This document shows positions 8,351 to 17,141 of a DNA stretch of 64,000 nt, piece after piece. The position numbers and the translations under genes were made by a program. A model generated the notes under the pieces. It was not told where the DNA came from. It saw only the letters and a program-made list of their open reading frames with translations, and did no database searches. The stretch spans positions 58,872-122,871 of the forward strand of contig JBDUDP010000001.1 of NCBI GenBank assembly GCA_040002895.1. Reading direction: 5' to 3'. Within the stretch, counting starts at the first letter, position 1; each line of letters opens with the position of its first letter. The stretch is from Gemmatimonadota bacterium (GTDB lineage Bacteria > Gemmatimonadota > Gemmatimonadetes > Gemmatimonadales > GWC2-71-9).

Positions 8351-8996
8351 GCTCTGGCCCGGACTGACCCTGGTGCTGGCGGCAACGATTTTCGGCATCG
8401 CCTCACGCGGGGCGCTGCCCGACCGGGTGGCATCGCATTGGAACCTGGCGGGAGAGGCCAACGGTTGGTCGTCTCCCACCGCGCTGGTGGTTGGCTTCCC
8501 GCTCCTCGCGTTGTTTGCCGCCCTGGTGCTGACCGTCGCCCCCCGCGTCGATCCCAAGCGGGGCAATTTCCCCGAGCACGCGAGCGAATATTGGCTCGTG
8601 GGCAACACGCTGCTCGCGTTCCTCGCCGCGCTCTTCGCCGGGGTGGTGGGGGTCAACACCGGCTGGCCGGTCCAGATCGACACCGTGCTCGGCGTGGGCC
8701 TCGGCGTCCTCTTCCTCGTGATCGGAAATGTGCTGACGCGGGTGCGTCCGAACTGGATTTTCGGCGTGCGCACGCCGTGGACGCTCTCGAGCGAACGCTC
8801 GTGGCGTGAATCGCATCGCGTCGCGGGGTACGGCTTCGTGCTGGTGGGGCTGATGGCGTTGTTGTTGACTCTGCTGGGGACGCGGCGGCTCATGCTGCCG
8901 GTCATGATTGGGATTGGTGTGGTCGCGCTGTCGGCCACTGTCTGGAGTTTTATCGCATGGAAGCACGACCCCAACGCTATCGGAAGGAATCCCTGA
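8340..8996 (+). CDS. SdpI/YhfL family membrane protein (DUF1648 + SdpI domains)
   Basis: Start at ATG 8340 (MRTRLWPG), overlapping the arsR stop by 11 nt. Contains 'VASHWNLAGEANGWSS' (DUF1648-like) and 'RVRPNWIFGVRTPWTLSSERSWRESHRVAG' (SdpI-like), with multiple TM segments. Confidence 0.8.
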   Translation: MRTRLWPGLTLVLAATIFGIASRGALPDRVASHWNLAGEANGWSSPTALVVGFPLLALFAALVLTVAPRVDPKRGNFPEHASEYWLVGNTLLAFLAALFAGVVGVNTGWPVQIDTVLGVGLGVLFLVIGNVLTRVRPNWIFGVRTPWTLSSERSWRESHRVAGYGFVLVGLMALLLTLLGTRRLMLPVMIGIGVVALSATVWSFIAWKHDPNAIGRNP

Positions 8997-9985
8997 TGCG
9001 CCATCTCTCGCGTGCTGCAGCCGCGATGCTGCTCCTGGTTCCCGCGGCCGGGGCACAGTCGCTGCCTGATGGCCTGGTCGAACGCAACCTCACGATCCCC
9101 GGGCCCGTGCCACTCCCCGCCGTGCTGACCCTGCCCGCGGGCAAGGGGCCGTTCCGCGCCGTGCTCATTGTGCACGGTTCCGGTGCCGGCGATCGCGACC
9201 TCACGGTGGGGTCGCTCAAGCCGTACCGCGATATCGCGTGGGGGCTGGCGCAACAGGGCGTGGCGGTCCTGCGGTTCGACAAGCGTGCCAAGGTCGCGCC
9301 GATGTGGTATGCGGGAAAGGCGTTCACCGTCTGGGACGAGACGGTGCAGGACGCCGCGAGCGCGCTGGCGCTGTTGCGGGCGCAGCCCGGGATCGACGCG
9401 CGACACGTCGTGATGATCGGGCACTCGCTGGGTGGGATGCTCGCGCCGCGGATCGCCACCGCCGATGGCAAGCTCGCGGGAATCGTGCTGCTCGCTGGTG
9501 CCACGCGGGCGCTGCTGGCTGATCAGGTCGAGCGCCAGTTCGCCTACATCGCCTCGATTTCCGCCGGCGATTCGGCCACGCTCGCGGCGGTGCGGACGCA
9601 GCAACTGCTGATGGCGCCACGCGTCGCGCGCATCCGGGCGCTCGTGCCGGCCGACTCGACCGACCTCACCATCATCATGGGGGCGCCGGCGAAGTACTTC
9701 CTCGACCTCAACGCCTTCGACCCCGCCGTCGCGATGCGGGCCATCCCGTTGCCGTTGCTGATTCTCCAGGGTCTACGCGACTATCAGGTCACACCCGAAC
9801 AGCTCGACGATTACCTGCGCACGCTTGGTCCGCGGCCAGACGTCACGGTGGGTCGCTATGAATCCCTGAATCACCTCTTCCTTCCCGGGGTCGGCGTGCC
9901 GTCACCCTCGGACTATGCGGTGCCAGGCCACGTGGATCCTTCTGTGATCGCCGACATCGCCGTCTGGATCAAGCGGCTTCCGTGA
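8996..9985 (+). CDS. secreted alpha/beta hydrolase
   Basis: Start at ATG 8996 (TGATG overlap). Signal peptide 'MRHLSRAAAAMLLLVPAAGAQS', 'LIVHGSGAGDRD' and nucleophile elbow 'GHSLGG'. Confidence 0.8.
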   Translation: MRHLSRAAAAMLLLVPAAGAQSLPDGLVERNLTIPGPVPLPAVLTLPAGKGPFRAVLIVHGSGAGDRDLTVGSLKPYRDIAWGLAQQGVAVLRFDKRAKVAPMWYAGKAFTVWDETVQDAASALALLRAQPGIDARHVVMIGHSLGGMLAPRIATADGKLAGIVLLAGATRALLADQVERQFAYIASISAGDSATLAAVRTQQLLMAPRVARIRALVPADSTDLTIIMGAPAKYFLDLNAFDPAVAMRAIPLPLLILQGLRDYQVTPEQLDDYLRTLGPRPDVTVGRYESLNHLFLPGVGVPSPSDYAVPGHVDPSVIADIAVWIKRLP

Positions 9986-9989
9986 CCCG

Positions 9990-10397
9990 CTAGCCGGCGC
10001 GGCCGGCTGCGACACGCACCAGTGTCGACCCGAGCCAGATCGCGCCGAGGCCGGTCGCGACCGAGACGGTGACGTAAAGCGCGGCGCGAGTCCAGGCCCC
10101 GCTCTGCATCAACTCGATGCTTTCAAAGGAAAAAGTTGAGAAGGTCGTGAAGCCACCGCAAAACCCCGAGATCAGCAGTACGCGCATCTCGGGCGAGAGT
10201 CGTCCGGCGCTCAGTGCCGCCTCGGCGAACACGCCCAGCAACAGGCATCCGAGCATGTTCACGACCAGTGTCCCGAGCGGGAAGGCGAGCGACCGGGGTT
10301 GGGCGGCGATGGTGAGGGTGTAGCGCGCCATGCCCCCCGCGGCACTGCCGAGTGCCACGGTCGCGAGCAGAGCAGGGGAGAACGATGAATTGGTCAC
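9990..10397 (-). CDS. crcB: fluoride ion channel CrcB
   Basis: 135 aa from GTG 10397 with 'GSAAGGMARY', 'PLGTLVVNMLGCLLLG' and 'GFCGGFTTFSTFSFE'. The track ORF (211 aa) extends upstream into rlmN and is too long. Confidence 0.88.
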   Translation of the reverse strand: MTNSSFSPALLATVALGSAAGGMARYTLTIAAQPRSLAFPLGTLVVNMLGCLLLGVFAEAALSAGRLSPEMRVLLISGFCGGFTTFSTFSFESIELMQSGAWTRAALYVTVSVATGLGAIWLGSTLVRVAAGRAG

Positions 10398-10428
10398 CTG
10401 ACATTCCCCAAAAGTGGAGGGGTGGACG

Positions 10429-11508
10429 CTACTCGGGTGTCGCGGTTGCGATCGCGGGCGGCACGGCGCGCCGCCGCTTCTCCATCTGGACACGCAGCTG
10501 ACCGCACGCGGCGTCGATGTCGAGTCCGCGCGACCGACGCACGACAGCCTCGATGCCGCAATCGACGAGGTACTGCCGGAACTCCCGGATTCGCGGCACG
10601 GCGGTCGGCACCAGGCCCGGGGCACCGCCTGGGTGGAGCGGCAGCAGGTTCACGTGAGCCCCGAGTTTGCGCGCGTGGCTCGCGAGGACCGCCGCGTCCT
10701 CGTCGCGGTCGTTGCGACCCGCGATCATGACGTACTCAAAGGTGATGCGCTGCGAAAAGATCTTGGCGGTGTCGAGGACCTCGCGCAGAGCATACTTCTT
10801 TTCGATCGGCATCAAACTCTGACGGTCGATGGCATTCGGCGAGTGGAGGGAGATCGCGAGTCGGAACTGTTCCGGCCGCTCGGCCAACGCCCGCATCCCC
10901 GGCACGATCCCGACGGTCGAGACGGTGATATGCCTGGCGCCGATCCCGAAGCCGTCGGGATGATTGAGAATCGACAGGGTCACGTCGACGGCCGGCCAGT
11001 TCAGGAGCGGCTCGCCCATGCCCATGAAGACCACGTTGGTCGGCTTGTCGTCCGGGGTCAGACGGACGATCTCCCGGACCTGCCCGGCGATCTCCCAGGC
11101 CGTCAGGTTGCGTCGGAACCCCATGAGGCCGGTGGCGCAGAAGACACAGCCCAGCGCGCAGCCAGCCTGTGACGAAATGCAGAGCGTGCGCCGAGCGGCC
11201 GAGGGGATGAGCACGGACTCGATCTTCTCGCCGTCGGCGAGTGTCCAGAGGTACTTCCGCGTCCCGTCCTGGGATTGCTGGACGACCTCTGCCACGAGTC
11301 CCGGAAGGGGCCAGACGGCGTCCAACCGATCCCGGAGTGACTTGGGGAGCTCCGTGGCCTCCTGCCAGCTCCCGACCGGGGCCACCCAGAGTCGCCGGAG
11401 CAGTTGGCCGGCGCGGTAGCCGGGGAGCCCCTCTTCGGCGACCCAGCGTTGCAGTCGGGTCGCGGCGTCGGCGGGGGCGAGGTCAAGCAGGGTCTGGGGC
11501 GTGGACAT
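10429..11508 (-). CDS. rlmN: 23S rRNA/tRNA (adenine-C2)-methyltransferase, radical SAM
   Basis: 'YRAGQLLRRLW', 'SSQAGCALGCVFCATG' and 'NVVFMGMGEPLLN'. ATG 11508 (MSTPQTLLDL) gives a typical N-terminus. In-frame GTG 11559 is an alternative start. Confidence 0.9.
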   Translation of the reverse strand: MSTPQTLLDLAPADAATRLQRWVAEEGLPGYRAGQLLRRLWVAPVGSWQEATELPKSLRDRLDAVWPLPGLVAEVVQQSQDGTRKYLWTLADGEKIESVLIPSAARRTLCISSQAGCALGCVFCATGLMGFRRNLTAWEIAGQVREIVRLTPDDKPTNVVFMGMGEPLLNWPAVDVTLSILNHPDGFGIGARHITVSTVGIVPGMRALAERPEQFRLAISLHSPNAIDRQSLMPIEKKYALREVLDTAKIFSQRITFEYVMIAGRNDRDEDAAVLASHARKLGAHVNLLPLHPGGAPGLVPTAVPRIREFRQYLVDCGIEAVVRRSRGLDIDAACGQLRVQMEKRRRAVPPAIATATPE

Positions 11509-11602
11509 ATCACGGAAACCTAAGTCATTGGCCCACTTGCGGCGAGTCAGCTCAGCCACTGCATTCCTTCCGCCCCCCTCCCGAGCGCGTTAGTTTCGGA
11601 CC

Positions 11603-13387
11603 ATGCAAAGCACCTCTCTCCGCACCCACCGCGCGGGTTCCCTGACCCCGGCCGAGGTGGGGACGACCGTCCGCCTCGGCGGTTGGGTTCATCGCCGCCG
11701 CGACCTCGGCGGCATCGTTTTTCTCGACCTGCGCGATCGCGACGGACTGGTGCAGCTCTCCTGTGATCCGGCGTGGACGCCTCCCGAGGTGCTCGCGCTC
11801 GGCGCGTCACTCGGGGCGGAGAGCGTGGTGCTCGTCGAGGGCGTCGTGGCGATGCGTCGGGACCCCGCCCCCGATGCCTCGATGCGCTCGCGCGAGATCG
11901 AGGTGCATGTCACGGCGCTCCGCGTGGTCGGTCCTGCCACCACGCCGGCGATTCCCGTGGCCAGACGCGAGGGCGAGGAACTCGCCTCAGAAGAATTGCG
12001 GTTGCAACACCGCGTGCTCGACCTCAGGCGTCCCGAGTTGCAGGCCAACCTGATGTTGCGCCATCGGCTCGCGCAGCGCGCACGCCGGACGCTCTGTGAC
12101 CTGGGCTTTCTCGAGATCGAAACGCCGATCCTGACCAAGCCCACCCCGGAAGGCGCTCGGGACTACCTCGTGCCGTCACGCGTTCACCCGGGCGAGTTCT
12201 ACGCGCTGCCGCAGTCGCCCCAGATGTACAAGCAACTACTGATGATGGCAGGCTTTGATCGCTACTTCCAGATCGCGCGCTGTTTCCGAGACGAGGATCT
12301 GCGCGCCGACCGTCAACCGGAATTCACGCAGATCGACCTCGAGGCGTCGTTCATCAATCAGGAGGACGTGCTCCGGGTCATCGAGGCCATCTTGCGTGAC
12401 CTCTGGGAGGAGGCCGGGTACGCCGTGGCACTTCCGTTCCAGCGGTTGACCCACCGCGAGGCGATGGAGCGGTTCGGGATCGACAAGCCGGACCTTCGCT
12501 ACGGCCACGAGATCGTCGATGTAGGCGCCCTGATCGGCGAGGACGCCGCGCCCTTCGTCCGGGAAGCGTTGGCTGCTGGAGGTCGCGTGCGCGCGATCGT
12601 CGCGCCGGGCCAGGGGACGCTGAGTCGCAAGGAGCTCGACCAGCTGACCGAGCTGGCACGCAGCCAGGGCGCGGGGGGACTCATCTGGGCCAAGCGCGCG
12701 GAGGCCGGCTGGGAGGGACAGGGGGTGAAGGCCCTCGGCGCATCGGCACTCGCGCGGGTCACCGCCAAGGCGGGCGACCTGATCGTGGCCGTGACCGGAA
12801 CCGACGCGGTCACCCATCCGACTCTGCACGCCGTGCGGACGGCGCTGACCCAGCGACCTGAGGTCGCACCGACGTCGGCCCATGCCTTCGCCTGGGTGGT
12901 CGACTTTCCGCTCTTCGAACAGGACACGACTTCCGGGGAATGGGTGTTCACGCATCATCCGTTCACGTCTCCCCATCCAGAAGATCAGGCCGTGCTCGAA
13001 TCCGAGCCCTGGCGTTGCCGTGCCCTGCACTATGATGCGGTCTACAATGGCAATGAACTGGGCAGCGGCTCGATCCGGATCACGGATCCTGCGCTGCAGG
13101 CCACCGTTTTCCGTCTCCTGGGGATCCCCGACGCGGAGCAGCGTGAGCGTTTCGGCTTCCTGCTCGACGCCCTGGCGTCCGGGGCGCCACCGCACGGCGG
13201 TTTTGCCCTCGGATTTGACCGGATCGTCATGCTCCTCGCCGGCGCACCGTCGTTGCGTGACGTGATCGCCTTCCCGAAGACGGCGGGGGCTCGCGCGCTG
13301 TTCGAGGGCGCACCGACGCCGGTTGCGGCAACGGAACTGCTGGCACTGAACCTGCGCACCACCATGGGGCCCGCGAATGAACGCTGA
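11603..13387 (+). CDS. aspS: aspartate--tRNA ligase
   Basis: 594 aa with 'GWVHRRRDLGGIVFLDLRDRDG', 'FYALPQSPQMYKQLLM', 'CFRDEDLRADRQPEFTQID' and 'GGFALGFDRIVMLL'. Confidence 0.95.
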   Translation: MQSTSLRTHRAGSLTPAEVGTTVRLGGWVHRRRDLGGIVFLDLRDRDGLVQLSCDPAWTPPEVLALGASLGAESVVLVEGVVAMRRDPAPDASMRSREIEVHVTALRVVGPATTPAIPVARREGEELASEELRLQHRVLDLRRPELQANLMLRHRLAQRARRTLCDLGFLEIETPILTKPTPEGARDYLVPSRVHPGEFYALPQSPQMYKQLLMMAGFDRYFQIARCFRDEDLRADRQPEFTQIDLEASFINQEDVLRVIEAILRDLWEEAGYAVALPFQRLTHREAMERFGIDKPDLRYGHEIVDVGALIGEDAAPFVREALAAGGRVRAIVAPGQGTLSRKELDQLTELARSQGAGGLIWAKRAEAGWEGQGVKALGASALARVTAKAGDLIVAVTGTDAVTHPTLHAVRTALTQRPEVAPTSAHAFAWVVDFPLFEQDTTSGEWVFTHHPFTSPHPEDQAVLESEPWRCRALHYDAVYNGNELGSGSIRITDPALQATVFRLLGIPDAEQRERFGFLLDALASGAPPHGGFALGFDRIVMLLAGAPSLRDVIAFPKTAGARALFEGAPTPVAATELLALNLRTTMGPANER

Positions 13388-14333
13388 TGATGTCCGACAC
13401 ACGCTGAGTGCGGAAGGCGCTGATCCGCTGCTGCTCGCGGGCGTGAACGACGCGAACTTCGCGGAGATCCAGCGGGCCATCGGCGTCCGGGTGTCACAGC
13501 GCGGGGACATGCTGACCTTGGTGGGTACCGCGGATCAGATCGAGCGTGCCACGCCGGTCATGCAGGGCTTCGTGGACTTGGCGCGCGCTGGCCAGCCCAT
13601 CGAACCCGAGGACGTCTATCGGCTCGCGACCGATGGCCACGTGGCCGATGGTGCGACCGCCACCGATAGTCAGAAGGTGGTGATCCCCGGGATGCGCAAG
13701 GCGATTGTCGCCAAGACACCGGGGCAGCGGGAATATCTCGCACTCATCAACACCCACGACATCGTGATCGGCATCGGACCGGCCGGCACCGGCAAGACCT
13801 ACCTTGCCGTCGCCAAGGCGGTGGAGGCGCTCGCGCGCAAGCGCGTGAAGCGCATCGTGCTGGCCCGACCCGCGGTCGAAGCGGGCGAGTCGCTGGGGTT
13901 CCTCCCCGGCGACCTGCAACAGAAGGTGGATCCCTACCTCCGGCCGCTCTACGACGCGCTGGAGGACATGATGCCGCACGAGAAGGTGTTGAAGGCAATC
14001 GAAACGCGGACTATCGAGATCGCGCCGCTTGCCTATATGCGCGGACGCACGCTTGCCGATGCCTTCATCATTCTCGACGAGGCCCAGAACGCGACCATCG
14101 CGCAGATGAAGATGTTCCTCACGCGACTCGGCGCGAACAGCAAGGTGGTCGTCACGGGTGACAAGACCCAGATCGACCTCCCACGCCGGGAGGAGAGTGG
14201 CTTGGTACAGATCGAGCGTGTGCTGCCAGGGATCGAGGGAATCGGCTTTCACTATCTCACCGATGAAGATGTGGTCCGCCACCGGCTGGTGCGGGACATC
14301 ATTCGTGCCTATGCGGAGGATCAGGCCGGCTGA
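13377..14333 (+). CDS. PhoH family ATPase
   Basis: 318 aa with Walker A 'GPAGTGKTYLAV', 'FIILDEAQN' and 'VVVTGDKTQIDLP'. Confidence 0.92.
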   Translation: MNADDVRHTLSAEGADPLLLAGVNDANFAEIQRAIGVRVSQRGDMLTLVGTADQIERATPVMQGFVDLARAGQPIEPEDVYRLATDGHVADGATATDSQKVVIPGMRKAIVAKTPGQREYLALINTHDIVIGIGPAGTGKTYLAVAKAVEALARKRVKRIVLARPAVEAGESLGFLPGDLQQKVDPYLRPLYDALEDMMPHEKVLKAIETRTIEIAPLAYMRGRTLADAFIILDEAQNATIAQMKMFLTRLGANSKVVVTGDKTQIDLPRREESGLVQIERVLPGIEGIGFHYLTDEDVVRHRLVRDIIRAYAEDQAG

Positions 14334-14764
14334 TGGCGCACTCTGCAGCGACCAATGTGGTGGTGGGCGGGACGGTGGGTCGACTGCCTCGACGCGTCGT
14401 GCGCGATGCCGTGCTCCACGTCCTGCGCGAAGAACGCCGCGAGGCATCGGTGGCCATCACCTTTCTGGGTGTGCGCCGGATGCAGGACATGAATCAGCAG
14501 TACAAGGCGCACGATGAACCGACCGACGTCCTCTCCTTTGCGCTGCCACTCCCCGATGGGCGACTCACGGGTGATATCTACATCTGCCGCTCCATGGCCG
14601 CCCGGGAGGCGCATCAGCGCGCGCTCCCGCTCCGCGAGGAACTGCTCCGGCTCGTGGTCCACGGCACCTTGCATGTGCTCGGATACGATCATCCCGATGG
14701 GGCGACGCGCACCGACTCTCCGATGTGGCAGCGGCAGGAGCGGTACGTGAAGGAGCTGACGTGA
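14333..14764 (+). CDS. ybeY: rRNA maturation endoribonuclease YbeY
   Basis: 143 aa with 'PTDVLSF' and 'HGTLHVLGYDH'. It is in the conserved phoH-ybeY-corC gene order. Confidence 0.92.
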   Translation: MAHSAATNVVVGGTVGRLPRRVVRDAVLHVLREERREASVAITFLGVRRMQDMNQQYKAHDEPTDVLSFALPLPDGRLTGDIYICRSMAAREAHQRALPLREELLRLVVHGTLHVLGYDHPDGATRTDSPMWQRQERYVKELT

Positions 14765-15954
14765 CGGCCCTGCTGCTGGCGCTGCTCCCCACGGTGGCTG
14801 GGCTCATCATGCTCTGGGCGGGACTGGTGGCGCTCGCGGGCGAAGGCGACACGGAACTCGGTGCCCGTGCGCTCGCGCGCGATCCGGGTACCGATGATCT
14901 GCCTCCTGCGCGTATCCTGCACGTCATTCACCTCGCCTCGCTGACCGCCGCCGCCGCGGTGGCCGGAACCGCCGTGGCCTGGTGGGCCTACCCCCCGGCG
15001 ATCGCACTCGTGCGCGTGATGCTGGTCACCGTGCTCGTGTGGACGGTGGGCGACCTCGCGCCGCGCCTGCTGGCGACGCTGGCACCGGAACTGGTGCCGC
15101 ACGCCCGGCAGATCGCGCTTGCCGCGCGCCCCCTGTTCGCGCCCTTGCTCTGGATGGCGGCGCGCCTCGACCGGAGCCGCAGCGATACCTCGCGCCTCGG
15201 CGCACGCCCGGATGGACACTCACCGCAACAAATGGCCCTCGGCGTCTTCTCGCTGGCGGAGATGGGCGTCGCCGAAGTGATGACGCCCCGGCTCGATATC
15301 ATCGCGGTGCAGGTGAGTGAGAGCGAGGCGGAGGTGGTGGCGACCATGCGCCGCAGCGAACACGCTCGCCTGCTGGTGTTCGACGGGCATCCCGACGCGG
15401 TGGTCGGAGTCATTTATGCCAAGGATGTCCTGCCGCGGTTGTTTGCGATCGAAACGCTCCGTGACGCATGGCAGACGCTGATCCGTCCCGCCGCGTTCGT
15501 GCCCACGGGCAAGACGCTGGATCGCCAGCTGCGGGATTTCCAGCGCGGCCCCGGGCATCTCGCCGTCGTGGTGGACGAGTTTGGCGGGACGGCGGGGATC
15601 GTGACGCTCGAAGACATTCTCGAGCAGATCGTGGGCGAAATTCAGGATGAACACGACGTGGATGAGGTCCAGCCATTGCAACGGATCGACGACGGCCATC
15701 TGGTGGTGGAAGGGGGCGTGCCGCTCGCGGACCTCGAAGCGGAACTCGAACACGATTTCGATCGTGAAGACGTCGCCACGGTCGGCGGGCTGGTGCTGGC
15801 CACGCTGGGCCGCGTGCCGCGCAGTGGCGAGAGCATCGAGATCGACGGTTGGCGCGTCGAAGTGGAGTTGGTGGTGCGGCGGCGGATTCGTCGCGTTGCC
15901 TTCTGGCCGGCCGCCCCCGTCGGCCTCGGGCCGAGCAAGGACGGCGACGAATGA
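14761..15954 (+). CDS. CNNM/HlyC-CorC family transporter (DUF21 + CBS pair + CorC_HlyC)
   Basis: GTG 14761 (GTGA overlap). N-terminal TM region, 'VMTPRLDIIAV', 'HLAVVVDEFGGTAGIVTLEDILEQIVGEIQDEHD' and a C-terminal CorC_HlyC-like segment. Confidence 0.85.
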   Translation: MTALLLALLPTVAGLIMLWAGLVALAGEGDTELGARALARDPGTDDLPPARILHVIHLASLTAAAAVAGTAVAWWAYPPAIALVRVMLVTVLVWTVGDLAPRLLATLAPELVPHARQIALAARPLFAPLLWMAARLDRSRSDTSRLGARPDGHSPQQMALGVFSLAEMGVAEVMTPRLDIIAVQVSESEAEVVATMRRSEHARLLVFDGHPDAVVGVIYAKDVLPRLFAIETLRDAWQTLIRPAAFVPTGKTLDRQLRDFQRGPGHLAVVVDEFGGTAGIVTLEDILEQIVGEIQDEHDVDEVQPLQRIDDGHLVVEGGVPLADLEAELEHDFDREDVATVGGLVLATLGRVPRSGESIEIDGWRVEVELVVRRRIRRVAFWPAAPVGLGPSKDGDE

Positions 15955-17141
15955 ACTGGTTCCTGTTGGTGCTTGGACTCGTGATCGCGATCATCGGGTC
16001 GTCGGGTGCCGCGGCCTTGGTCACGACGGCGCGCCGCGCGCTTGCCGAGACGATCTCGCGTCGTCTCCGGGGCGGGGAGGAGTCGCTCGACTGGATCGCG
16101 GCCACTCAACGCGAGGTGGCGGCATCGGCCGCGGCGACTTCCCTCGGCGTCGTGCTCGTGGGCGCGGCAATTCCCGCCCTGTTCGGTCGGCTGTTGTTGC
16201 CCCAGTGGGCACTGATCATCGCGCTGCTGGTGGTCCCGATTACCCTGCTCGGCGGCTACCTGCTGCCGCGTTGGCTCACGGTCCCGCGTGCGGCGCGGAC
16301 GGTGGAGTTCATCGGGCCACTGGTGCGCGCGTGGGGCACCCTGCTCGCGGTGGTGCTTCCAGCACGCGGGTCCGACCGTGCCGATGACGTGCGGGCGCTC
16401 GCCCGTGAGGGCCGCGCCAATGGACTGGACGGTGAGGAGCTGGTCATGGTGGGTGGCGTGATCACCTTCGCCGAGCGTCCGGTGCGCGAGATCATGACGC
16501 CGCGCACTGACGTCATTGCCGTTCCCGCGGATGCGACGCATGCGCAGGTGGTCGCCACCTTCGCCGAATCGGGCTACACCCGGATCCCCGTGTATCGCGG
16601 CACCCTCGACGACATCGCGGGGATGGTCCACGCCTTCGACCTCTTCAAGCAGGATCCCGAGGCGGCATTGCCGGTGCGGTCGGTCTCCTTTGCGCCGGTC
16701 TCCAGACTCGCCGGCGACTTGCTGCTTGATCTTCAGCGAGATCATCGTCACCTGGCCGTCGTGGTTGATGAATTTGGGGGCACGGCAGGCATCGTGACGT
16801 TCGAGGATCTGCTTGAGGGGCTCGTGGGCGAGATTTCCGATGAGGATGATCTTGGCATCCCCGTGGTGGCCGCGGCCGCGGGCACGCTGCTGGAGCTCGA
16901 CGGATCGGAGTCACCGGACAGCGTGGCACAACACTTCGAGGTGACATTGCCCGCTCGCGGTGCGGCCTCGTTTGGCGGCCTGCTCGCGGAACTCGTCGGT
17001 CGGATTCCGGTGACGGGGGAGCGTTTCATGCTCGCGGGACTGGAGATCGACGTGGTGCAGGCATCGCCGACCCATGTGGATCGCCTGCTCGTGCGTCGCG
17101 GCGTTGGCGTCCCGGTGGATCTGGATCGACTGCTCGGATGA
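15951..17141 (+). CDS. CNNM/HlyC-CorC family transporter, second tandem paralogue
   Basis: ATG 15951 (MNWFLLVLGL, ATGA overlap). 'IMTPRTDVIAV', 'HLAVVVDEFGGTAGIVTFEDLLEGLVGEISDEDD'. Confidence 0.85.
   Translation: MNWFLLVLGLVIAIIGSSGAAALVTTARRALAETISRRLRGGEESLDWIAATQREVAASAAATSLGVVLVGAAIPALFGRLLLPQWALIIALLVVPITLLGGYLLPRWLTVPRAARTVEFIGPLVRAWGTLLAVVLPARGSDRADDVRALAREGRANGLDGEELVMVGGVITFAERPVREIMTPRTDVIAVPADATHAQVVATFAESGYTRIPVYRGTLDDIAGMVHAFDLFKQDPEAALPVRSVSFAPVSRLAGDLLLDLQRDHRHLAVVVDEFGGTAGIVTFEDLLEGLVGEISDEDDLGIPVVAAAAGTLLELDGSESPDSVAQHFEVTLPARGAASFGGLLAELVGRIPVTGERFMLAGLEIDVVQASPTHVDRLLVRRGVGVPVDLDRLLG

Noticed and set aside
10398-10428. A possible fluoride riboswitch upstream of crcB.
   Set aside because: Only 31 nt separate the crcB start from the rlmN stop on the same strand. 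That is too short for the crcB RNA motif, and I could not see its conserved core.
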